Virus record (IMG/VR): IMGVR_UViG_3300021963_000029
Coordinates: 64,001 to 128,000 of that record
Direction: 5' to 3' (one strand)
Source: a virus
Length of the DNA stretch: 64,000 nucleotides
This document shows positions 24,297 through 32,496 of the stretch, in pieces. Position numbers and translations under genes: made by a program. Each line of letters opens with the position of its first letter. The first letter of the stretch is position 1. A model generated the notes under the pieces. The model saw only the letters and a list, made by a program, of their open reading frames with translations, did no database searches and was not told where the DNA came from.

Positions 24297-26441
24297 TCAT
24301 GCAATCATGTCAACAAAAGAAGACAATAGTTTCTTGTTTGTCTTCTTTTTCTCCAACATCTTAGAGAATGCAGTTTTGATTTGTGCTTTAGAAGCATCTT
24401 CAGGCACAACAAACTCTTCCTCTTGAGAGAGTGAAGATGTAGGGATGACATTGAACTGATCATAACCAGTTCCAGTAAATGTAATGAACTGGTTCTTTTT
24501 GTACACAGACTTCACCTTCTCATAGTCACCATACTCTCTGCCATACCAATCATAGCAGGTCTTAAAGTCCCTGCTAGGAACAACTCTGAAGTTGACAAAG
24601 TTCACAGTAGGAAACTTATCCTTCAAAGTAGAGAGAAGTGCCTTGGAATACTGAGGGAAGTTGCCATAGTTGAAAGAAGAATAGATTCTACCATTCTTTC
24701 TGCTACGAATAGTGGTGCTGAAAGGTTTAGTCAGACCCACATATTCTTGACCAGCACCATTCTTTTTCTTGGTTGTGATTGCATTTACATAACCCTCACC
24801 ATCAGTCAGGAATACAACATTCACTTTCTGAAGTTTGTTCTTGCTCTGGAAGTCAGGAATCAAAGAATGCAGTGCAATCATGGTTTCACCCAGAGGAGAA
24901 CCAGACAACTCTAGATGATAAGGAACACTACCATTTCCCTTCTGGAAGGCATGACAAACTGCCCAGATATTCTTCATCTGTTCATCCAGTTCTTTAGTGC
25001 TAGTCTTGCTGCTAAAGAAATTGAGAAGTCTAAAAGAATTCTCAGGAGCAATAACACCATCTACTTTATTGTAGATAGCAGGATGATTTGGTTGAATGTC
25101 AACATAAGATTTGCATTCCACGGTGAAAGCATACACCTCAAAGGGAATGTTCACTTTCTTGCAGAACCAGATCAGGTTGTACATTTGCTTACAAGTATCC
25201 AGAATCCAGTTGCACATAGATCCTGACCAGTCAAGAATAAAGATCAGTCCATGATTCTTACCATCAGGGATGACAGAAACTTTCCTGAACAGATCTTCAT
25301 TATACTTGTAAGTATGCAGTTTGCTGGTATCAAGAATACCAGTCCTAGCAGTTGTAGCACGAGCATACTGATCTGCAGATTTCTTGCACTCAAACTCTTT
25401 GACAAGGTAAGAGACTTCTTTCTCTGCAGATTTCTTATACTTGATATAGTCAGACACAACTTCTTGATGCCATTCTTTCACCCAAAGAGATCCATCCTGA
25501 TAATGTTCCTTTGCCTTGGCATGGATGTAATCATTAGGAATGACTACATTCTCAAGAACCATCTCAGGCAGTTCCACATAGTTAGTTTCTTGACCATACT
25601 TGTTAGTCAAATCCTGTGCTTTCTCATCAAAAGATTGAGAAGTCTTAGATTCAAACTCACCATGTTCTTTGCTGGGTTCACGACCTCCACCACCAGAGAG
25701 TTCTTCCTGATCCATAGTGATAGGATTGTCACCTTGAGAATCTTGATCACTGGTAGAAGAATCCTCAGATTCTTGTTCCAAATCAGTGGAATCTTCTGAA
25801 GTATTTTGTTCAGAATTGTCAGGAAGATCTACTTCTTTCCCACTTTCCCCTTGATTTTGAACAATCTCAGGCATCTCAGAGAGTTTCTTACGCTTATAGT
25901 TAAGGAACTCTACAATCTCCTGAGAGATTTGCAGCACATCTTGGAAGGTTTCCAGTTGACTAATGCGAGTCACAAACTCATTCTCTTGGTCAGAGAAAGC
26001 AATGTTATGAAATGCACCAATTTTGTAGTACATGTTGATGCGATCAATAAAGGAGAGATCATCAAGATTCTCATCCTTTACTGAAAAGAAATCATCATTG
26101 TTCAGTTCATTATAACCATTATAGAAGGTTTTGGAAAGACCAGGATATTTTTTCTTCATCAGACGTTCTACACGAACATCCTCAATCACATTGACAAAAT
26201 CCTTAGGAACATCAGGATATTCCTCTCTCCAGTCAATGTTATCAGTAAAGAGTGCATGACCCACCTCATGACCTACAAGGAGGTCATAAACAGTCTCAGA
26301 TGCCTTATCCCACATAGGCAGAGTAAGCACCCTACGATCCACATCAAAGCAGGCAGTAGAGACTTTCTTATGCTCAACAATAAGGTTCTCTGTTGCCAGA
26401 CATTTGGCAAGAGATCCTTTAACTTCTAGGTTGACTGACAT
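24297..26441 (-). CDS. CobT-like protein: N-terminal HExxH domain, acidic linker, C-terminal VWA domain
   Basis: GHEVGHALFT; DWSGSM MIDAS; FLTDGE; adjacent to the MoxR ATPase. Confidence 0.85.
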   Translation of the reverse strand: MSVNLEVKGSLAKCLATENLIVEHKKVSTACFDVDRRVLTLPMWDKASETVYDLLVGHEVGHALFTDNIDWREEYPDVPKDFVNVIEDVRVERLMKKKYPGLSKTFYNGYNELNNDDFFSVKDENLDDLSFIDRINMYYKIGAFHNIAFSDQENEFVTRISQLETFQDVLQISQEIVEFLNYKRKKLSEMPEIVQNQGESGKEVDLPDNSEQNTSEDSTDLEQESEDSSTSDQDSQGDNPITMDQEELSGGGGREPSKEHGEFESKTSQSFDEKAQDLTNKYGQETNYVELPEMVLENVVIPNDYIHAKAKEHYQDGSLWVKEWHQEVVSDYIKYKKSAEKEVSYLVKEFECKKSADQYARATTARTGILDTSKLHTYKYNEDLFRKVSVIPDGKNHGLIFILDWSGSMCNWILDTCKQMYNLIWFCKKVNIPFEVYAFTVECKSYVDIQPNHPAIYNKVDGVIAPENSFRLLNFFSSKTSTKELDEQMKNIWAVCHAFQKGNGSVPYHLELSGSPLGETMIALHSLIPDFQSKNKLQKVNVVFLTDGEGYVNAITTKKKNGAGQEYVGLTKPFSTTIRSRKNGRIYSSFNYGNFPQYSKALLSTLKDKFPTVNFVNFRVVPSRDFKTCYDWYGREYGDYEKVKSVYKKNQFITFTGTGYDQFNVIPTSSLSQEEEFVVPEDASKAQIKTAFSKMLEKKKTNKKLLSSFVDMIA

Positions 26442-26473
26442 GTGTTTTCTTGACTGTCCTTACAGCATACCAT

Positions 26474-26500
26474 AAAAAAGGAGGGGCACCACCCCCTCCT
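26474..26500 (-). terminator. Intrinsic terminator
   Basis: AGGAGGGG-gtggtg-CCCCTCCT-TTTTT. Confidence 0.7.
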
Positions 26501-26577
26501 AGGACACTAAAATAACCGTCCACCACCAAAGACGGGTCTTGGGTCTCAGAGATACAAAGAACCCTCAAGACTTTTAC

Positions 26578-26636
26578 ATAATAGCATGTGGTCTTGAGGG
26601 TGTCAAGTTGACAAGTTGTTAAACCATGAGTAGGAT
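26578..26636. promoter_or_regulatory. Back-to-back sigma70 promoters
   Basis: Minus: TTGACA 26601-06, 17 nt, TATTAT 26578-83; plus: TTGACA 26608-13, 17 nt, TAGGAT 26631-36. Confidence 0.6.
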
Positions 26637-26650
26637 AACTCTGTCAGGGT

Positions 26651-27379
26651 TCAAGACATTTTATATTCAAATAAAACATTATCTTTAATAACATCAAAGA
26701 AAAATACTTGAGTTAATCTAGAATTTTCTACAGATTCTCCAAAAAACTTAGATGCAGTATGATAATGTTTACCTTCATAGATTATGCATCTATTATAAAC
26801 ATTTTCAACATAATCATGTAATTCCCAATTATTTTCATCTAGAGATTCTTTTGCAGAAACATCTTCCTCATACAATCCATGAAAAATTTGTTCTGTTTTC
26901 TTTCTTTTATAAAATCCAGTACCAGTTCCTTTTGGTGGATCTGGATGCAAGTAAATTACTGCAGCCCATTTATTCCCTTGATCAGAGTGTATCCAAGTTT
27001 TTGAATCTTTTGGTATATATTGAAAACATCCATTACTTGAGAATGGAGCATGTAAGTTGACTTGTAGATTATGTTCTTTTAATTTAGGTTTAGATGTTAA
27101 AAAATCAAATTCCCATAATGAAGGATCATCACATTCAACTGCACAAGTATGAATCCACTCAGATTCTTTAATTCTGTTATTAAAAATAGATTGAAATTTT
27201 TTTAAATTGTAAACACTATTTTCTATAGTTGTTCTACATCTAAATCCAGGATAAAATCCTGGAAAATCACCATTTTTATCAGAAAGTCCAGGGTATTCTT
27301 CTGCTTTAAAATTAGATAAGGCTAAATTTCTAATTTCATCTGGATTTTCATACCAGTTATCTACAATTTTATATGTCAT
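26651..27379 (-). CDS. 2OG-Fe(II) oxygenase family protein
   Basis: WIHSD (HxD), AAVIYL...GTGFY, YNRCIIYEGKHYH, RLTQVFF. Confidence 0.82.
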   Translation of the reverse strand: MTYKIVDNWYENPDEIRNLALSNFKAEEYPGLSDKNGDFPGFYPGFRCRTTIENSVYNLKKFQSIFNNRIKESEWIHTCAVECDDPSLWEFDFLTSKPKLKEHNLQVNLHAPFSSNGCFQYIPKDSKTWIHSDQGNKWAAVIYLHPDPPKGTGTGFYKRKKTEQIFHGLYEEDVSAKESLDENNWELHDYVENVYNRCIIYEGKHYHTASKFFGESVENSRLTQVFFFDVIKDNVLFEYKMS

Positions 27380-27401
27380 AATATAAAAATAATGTTAAAA
27401 A

Positions 27402-27776
27402 TTATGTTTTAGGAATATCTTGCTTTACTTGTGTAATTGATTGGAACCAATTTCCTTGATCTAAAGGTGTACCACTCTTAATATCATCATAAAGAAGTGC
27501 TAATTGAGATTCAATGGTTGGGTATGCCATGAATCTATCATACTTATATTTTTCTGCTTCCCAAGCATCTACTAATTCTTGTAATTTATTTCTTGCTGCT
27601 ATTTCAGTTGGAGGGGGAAGAGGATTTTCTTCCATCCACGTTAAGGTTCCCCAATCATAATCTTGAGTGTCAGGTTTCACTGCAATTGTAAATGCACATC
27701 CTGGCGCTAATAATACAATTGCCTCAGGAAGTTCAGGAAATGCTTTAAACTCTTTCCTAGCTTTTGTAATGGTCAT
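27402..27776 (-). CDS. Tail-fibre-associated small protein
   Basis: YDRFMAYPTIESQLALLYDDI...W...VKQDIPK pattern at the end of a fibre operon. Confidence 0.55.
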   Translation of the reverse strand: MTITKARKEFKAFPELPEAIVLLAPGCAFTIAVKPDTQDYDWGTLTWMEENPLPPPTEIAARNKLQELVDAWEAEKYKYDRFMAYPTIESQLALLYDDIKSGTPLDQGNWFQSITQVKQDIPKT

Positions 27777-27815
27777 AATTACTGAAAAATTTAATTTATC
27801 TTTATTTATTATGAT

Positions 27816-28382
27816 TTAAGCGTATACTTCAAATAGCCAAGCATAAGATTTGAGAACTTCATAATATTGTTGTCCCCAACTATCAGTAGTGCGATTTATG
27901 TAATTTGTATAAGTTTGAGATGAGTGTCTTAAAGCAACAGCAATGTCAACTTCTTCTGTTGTATTTGCAACAAAAGAATATCTAATCACATGGTTTTGGG
28001 GAGTACTACTATAGTTTCCATCATAATATCCATTGGATATTCCAGAATAAAGTTGATTGCCATAAGTATTATTATATCCTTCTTCTCCAGAAGTTGTTGC
28101 CAATCCCCAAGAACCCAGGTTAGTTCTTTTGTGAATTAAAAACATTCCATCATGATGAATTTCTCCAGATATGCCCCACTCACAAATTATAATATTGCTG
28201 GTTCTTTTTGGCTTTATTCTTAAAGTTAAATCTTCAATCCTAGTCCCATTACCTGAGTTCTGACTTAATGTTGCATAAGATTGAGTTGATGTAGTAAAAT
28301 AAGAATCAACTATAGTTCCAGAAACTCCAGCTAAACTAAGTCCAGAAGTATTATTAACTGTATTTGTTCTTAGATAACTCAT
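27816..28382 (-). CDS. Putative fibre-tip / receptor-binding protein, paralog 3
   Basis: MSYLRTNTVNN...GTIV; beta-rich; Tyr/Asn/Gly-rich. Confidence 0.55.
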   Translation of the reverse strand: MSYLRTNTVNNTSGLSLAGVSGTIVDSYFTTSTQSYATLSQNSGNGTRIEDLTLRIKPKRTSNIIICEWGISGEIHHDGMFLIHKRTNLGSWGLATTSGEEGYNNTYGNQLYSGISNGYYDGNYSSTPQNHVIRYSFVANTTEEVDIAVALRHSSQTYTNYINRTTDSWGQQYYEVLKSYAWLFEVYA

Positions 28383-28421
28383 TTTAGTTAATTTCCCTTA
28401 TGTAATAATTTATAATTAAAA

Positions 28422-29006
28422 TCATGTCCATCCATTATAAGATGAAATTTCATAAATTACCCCACAACTTACTCCATTTTCATAGTTAGCTTGTCCAGCA
28501 CCACTTACTGCTCTGTTTTGATAGAAAGTGGCTGATCCTGCCCCAGAGTCTCTAAAACTTATTTGATAACTTACATCTCCAGTTGTACCGATTCTTCCAA
28601 TATAAGAAAACTTTTTGCTACTTGGAGTGGTGCTATCATCACCATCATACCATGTTCCTTGATCTGCCATCCAATAAGTTGTACCACTAGCATTTCCTGT
28701 GCCACTGTTGCCAGTAAATGAAATGGGAGAACCATTTCTAAGAACTATAAACATACAGTTGGATGCTGCATTAGATTCTCCAGAAAGATACCAATTACAT
28801 AAAACCCAGTGATTTGGATTTTCTACATTATTTAATGTTAAAGATAATGGATGAATGTTTGTATTTTCATAGTAAGCTCTATAATCATAGACATAAGTGG
28901 TAATAGTATCCACTCTAGTATAATTAACCTGGATTATATTTCCTTGACTTGGAATAATTACTTGATCTGAAAGATTAGTAACATATTGGGTTTGTACTGT
29001 ACTCAT
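28422..29006 (-). CDS. Putative fibre-tip protein, paralog 2
   Basis: MSTVQTQYVTN...GNIIQV. Confidence 0.55.
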   Translation of the reverse strand: MSTVQTQYVTNLSDQVIIPSQGNIIQVNYTRVDTITTYVYDYRAYYENTNIHPLSLTLNNVENPNHWVLCNWYLSGESNAASNCMFIVLRNGSPISFTGNSGTGNASGTTYWMADQGTWYDGDDSTTPSSKKFSYIGRIGTTGDVSYQISFRDSGAGSATFYQNRAVSGAGQANYENGVSCGVIYEISSYNGWT

Positions 29007-29560
29007 GGCGCTATCTCGTAAATTACTCCAGTTGTGATTGAAACTTCTCTGTTGGTTTGACCAGGGCTATTAAGGCAAGCATTTAATCTTAAAGTTCTTG
29101 CTCCACCATCTGCTCCACCAAAAGCCAATGAATAATTTCTTGAAGCAGTGCTACCAGATATAGCTGAATAAATTATCCCATGTTTATTGGCAGTTGAGTC
29201 TGAGTCTTGATCATAGAATCCACTCCACCAACCAACCCAATTATTTAATGCAACTGAATTATTATATCCTTGTTCTCCAGCAGTTGAAATCACTGCCCCA
29301 TCTCTATAAATTCTCATGACAGTATTGTGATCATTAGGTTCCCCTACAAACTCCCATTGAATTATCAATCTACTAGATGAAGATTTAGGAGTAATAGTTA
29401 TCCTAGTTTGAGTAATCTCGGAAAAACTAGAAGCAGCACTTGTTAATGATGCCACCACATCATTTCTCAATCTTGCTACTTGGATTATAGATCCAGAGCT
29501 TTTTAATAAAGTATTACCATCTACAGGATTAACTATTTTATTTGTAACTAAAGTACTCAT
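29003..29560 (-). CDS. Putative fibre-tip protein, paralog 1
   Basis: MSTLVTNKIVN...GSIIQV. Confidence 0.55.
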   Translation of the reverse strand: MSTLVTNKIVNPVDGNTLLKSSGSIIQVARLRNDVVASLTSAASSFSEITQTRITITPKSSSSRLIIQWEFVGEPNDHNTVMRIYRDGAVISTAGEQGYNNSVALNNWVGWWSGFYDQDSDSTANKHGIIYSAISGSTASRNYSLAFGGADGGARTLRLNACLNSPGQTNREVSITTGVIYEIAP

Positions 29561-29582
29561 GAGTTTTTAAAAATATTTAGGA

Positions 29583-29756
29583 CTAAATTACTCTAAAAGT
29601 AACCCCAGAGTTGACAGTAAGAGTCACTCCATTATTTATGGTAAGTGGACCAATTGCTGCATAATTAGACCCTGAGGATAAAGTGGTATTACTTGTAACT
29701 TGTTGATCATTTTGTATAATGTTTGCTCCTCCACCAACGCCTATAGTTACTGCCAT
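29583..29756 (-). CDS. 57 aa protein matching the C-terminal domain of the 907 aa collagen fibre (missing from ORF track)
   Basis: MAVTIGVGGGANIIQNDQQVTSNTTLSSGSNYAAIGPLTINNGVTLTVNSGVTFRVI. Confidence 0.65.
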   Translation of the reverse strand: MAVTIGVGGGANIIQNDQQVTSNTTLSSGSNYAAIGPLTINNGVTLTVNSGVTFRVI

Positions 29757-30164
29757 TTAAACCTCCTGCGCATCTTTGTAGTACTCAGTTGTTTTTAAAT
29801 GATTGTATGCTTGGGTAAGAATAGAATCTGCACTGTCAGGATCAATAAAGAACATAATTTCATGAGCTACTCCTGGGGTAGCCACATGACCATCAATTTT
29901 AACATCAGTTGGAGACAATCCAATACCACCAATAGGTTTCATGCCATTGTCTCTAGCATCTTTAGAGGCAAAAACTTGAATACCAATTCTGCCAATGTAT
30001 CCTGCTTTCCAATAAACTTCAGGACCTCTATCTTCTGATGGTCTATCTACAGGATCTGGATAATCTTGCAATCTTTTTTCTGTTTTCACATCAACAATTA
30101 CATGATATGCATCATCAACTACATATCCAGTTCCAGGTAACTCAAAATCTCTTACCAGTGCCAT
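29757..30164 (-). CDS. Hypothetical fibre-associated protein
   Basis: 135 aa in the fibre operon. Confidence 0.65.
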   Translation of the reverse strand: MALVRDFELPGTGYVVDDAYHVIVDVKTEKRLQDYPDPVDRPSEDRGPEVYWKAGYIGRIGIQVFASKDARDNGMKPIGGIGLSPTDVKIDGHVATPGVAHEIMFFIDPDSADSILTQAYNHLKTTEYYKDAQEV

Positions 30165-32143
30165 TATTCTTCTAACCTCTGCTTGAGTTCTTCAATTTCT
30201 TTTCTCATAGTATTTATTACTTCATTCTGTTCTTTCATAGCCTCAATCAGCAGTGCTGTCAGGTTTCCATAAGAAACTGAATATTCATCAACATCTTCTG
30301 CATATCTGACAACTTCAGGTACAACTTGTTCAACTTCTTGTGCAATAACACCCATTTGTGTTTTGTTATAATCTTCATGATCTTCTTCGAGATCATTCCA
30401 AGTAAATGTTACTCCTCTTAAGGAAAGAACTTTGTCTAATGCTTTTTCTATGGTTACTATATTATTTTTTCTTCTTTCATCAGATGCTGCAGTAATTACC
30501 CCAGTAGAATAAATGTTTCCTGAACAATAAATTGCATAAGAAGATGATGTTGAGGATGTATTAACACCCCAAGAGGCGTTTCCATGAGAATAGTATAAAG
30601 CCCATCTACCAGTAGATTCATAATAGAATCCACCATTTGCAGATCCATCAAACATCACATGAGGTGTGTTTCCACCCTCATAAAAATGAATACCTCTCCA
30701 TCCATTTCTAGCTCCTCTAAGTGCAGTTCCTCCATAAGAACTTAAATCATTTGGATGAATATGCCAACCATTAGTGTCTGAATAGAACCCACTGCTATTA
30801 GTATACATCCAAGTATACTTGTAGAGGTAATTACTCCCACCATTAATTTGGAATACTAGAGATGAATGATCATAATCAGTCCAAAATCTATATCCTTGAT
30901 AAGTTGGGTTAGCACCAAAACTAAGTCCAGTATGATTGTTAATGGATACATCTGGAAATGGAGATGACCATGCTCCAGTTTCTTGGAAAATATCATAGGC
31001 ATAGGAACTATTAGAATATCCACTATTACCACCTGCAAATCTATTATTCAGAATAGAATAGGATAATTGAGTGCCATTCCAAGTTAAACCACTAGCACCA
31101 GCAGCAGATCCTCCATTATTGTATAAAATCTGAGTATTAGAACCACCAGTAGGTCCTGGGGCACCTTGTACACCTTGTGCACCTGTTGCTCCTTGTGCAC
31201 CAGATGCTCCTTGTGCGCCAGGAGATCCTGTAGAACCTTGAGCACCTATTGAACCTTGGAATCCTTGTGCACCTTGTGCACCTACAGATCCTTGTCTACC
31301 TTGTGCACCTTGAGCTCCTGGCGCTCCAGCATCTCCCTGTGCCCCTGCACCACCTGTTGCACCAGTGGCACCTTGAACCCCTTGTGCACCTTGGAAACCT
31401 TGTGCTCCTTGAACACCTGAAGCACCTTGAACTCCTTGTGCACCTGTTGCCCCAACACCTGTAGATCCTTGTACTCCTTGAGCACCTTGTACTCCTTGTG
31501 ATCCTGTATTACCTTGAGCACCTTGTGGTCCTGGTGATCCTTGAAATCCTTGTGCACCTTGAGCACCTGCTGATCCAGTTCCTCCAGTTCCTCCAGTAGC
31601 ACCCTGAACACCTTGTGCACCTTGTACACCTTGTGATCCTGTAGTTCCTTGAACTCCCTGAGCTCCTTGGAATCCTTGGAACCCTTGAGATCCTGTAGAT
31701 CCTTGTGGTCCTGCAGATCCTTGGGCACCAGCACTACCTTGAACCCCTTGGAATCCCTGTGATCCTTGAGATCCAGTTGCACCTTGTGCTCCTAAAGCTC
31801 CCTGAAATCCTTGTGATCCAGTAGATCCTTGAACTCCTTGGAATCCTTGTGCTCCTTGTCTTCCTTGGAATCCCTGAGCACCTTGAGCACCTAAAGCCCC
31901 TTGGAATCCTTGTGCACCTTGAACTCCTTGAGCACCTTGAACACCTTGAAATCCAGTAAATCCTGTGGCTCCTTGAACTCCTTGAGCCCCCTGAACACCT
32001 TGCAATGCAGCAGTTGTAATACTCTGCCAGGCAACTCTGCCATTTGCCCCACCAATAAGAAGTGAAGTTGCTGCTCCTACTTGATTAGTAGAATCATAAA
32101 CAGGTCCAGTAATTCTTATTACTTCTCTTCCGTTATATCCCAT
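30164..32143 (-). CDS. Collagen-like tail fibre with C-terminal peptidase S74 intramolecular chaperone
   Basis: Roughly 95 G-X-Q/G-X-Y triplets; ASDERRKNNI...KVLSLRGVTFTW...GVIAQEVE...YGNL..LIEAMKE. Confidence 0.88.
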   Translation of the reverse strand: MGYNGREVIRITGPVYDSTNQVGAATSLLIGGANGRVAWQSITTAALQGVQGAQGVQGATGFTGFQGVQGAQGVQGAQGFQGALGAQGAQGFQGRQGAQGFQGVQGSTGSQGFQGALGAQGATGSQGSQGFQGVQGSAGAQGSAGPQGSTGSQGFQGFQGAQGVQGTTGSQGVQGAQGVQGATGGTGGTGSAGAQGAQGFQGSPGPQGAQGNTGSQGVQGAQGVQGSTGVGATGAQGVQGASGVQGAQGFQGAQGVQGATGATGGAGAQGDAGAPGAQGAQGRQGSVGAQGAQGFQGSIGAQGSTGSPGAQGASGAQGATGAQGVQGAPGPTGGSNTQILYNNGGSAAGASGLTWNGTQLSYSILNNRFAGGNSGYSNSSYAYDIFQETGAWSSPFPDVSINNHTGLSFGANPTYQGYRFWTDYDHSSLVFQINGGSNYLYKYTWMYTNSSGFYSDTNGWHIHPNDLSSYGGTALRGARNGWRGIHFYEGGNTPHVMFDGSANGGFYYESTGRWALYYSHGNASWGVNTSSTSSSYAIYCSGNIYSTGVITAASDERRKNNIVTIEKALDKVLSLRGVTFTWNDLEEDHEDYNKTQMGVIAQEVEQVVPEVVRYAEDVDEYSVSYGNLTALLIEAMKEQNEVINTMRKEIEELKQRLEE

Positions 32144-32157
32144 TTACAGAACCTCTA

Positions 32158-32490
32158 TTATGTTTGTTCCAAAATACTTAATATCACATCCACAGAAGTA
32201 GATGCACTAGAAGTAACTTGAATTAAATCTCCAGTTTCTAATACAATTTTATTTCCAGTATTAAATTCAAATGATGTTCCTGTTGGAAGTTCAATCCCCT
32301 TTACAATGTAAACATCATTAGCACCAGCATCTGATTTGTTTAAAAATACATCAGCAGTTACTGTATTTGCAGTAGTATTTGCAATATTGAATCCAATTAA
32401 AATTGTACTAGTTGCTGCTGGAACAGTGTAAACTGTAGATGGAGAAGTTCCAACATTAGATTTTGTTTTACTTTTAAATGTATTTGCCAT
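32158..32490 (-). CDS. Small virion adaptor-like protein, paralog C
   Basis: MANTFKSK...VYTVP...ILIG..IAN...LETGD.I...ILSILEQ. Confidence 0.65.
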   Translation of the reverse strand: MANTFKSKTKSNVGTSPSTVYTVPAATSTILIGFNIANTTANTVTADVFLNKSDAGANDVYIVKGIELPTGTSFEFNTGNKIVLETGDLIQVTSSASTSVDVILSILEQT

Positions 32491-32496
32491 CTTTTA

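Noticed and set aside
23117-24304. 395 aa N-terminal extension of CobS, and the MCYHTCM-type starts of several early ORFs
   Set aside because: The extensions translate the promoter cassette itself; the real starts are the downstream ATGs.
27816-29560. Diversity-generating retroelement behind the tip paralogs
   Set aside because: No reverse transcriptase and no near-identical TR/VR pair differing at adenines is visible in this window.
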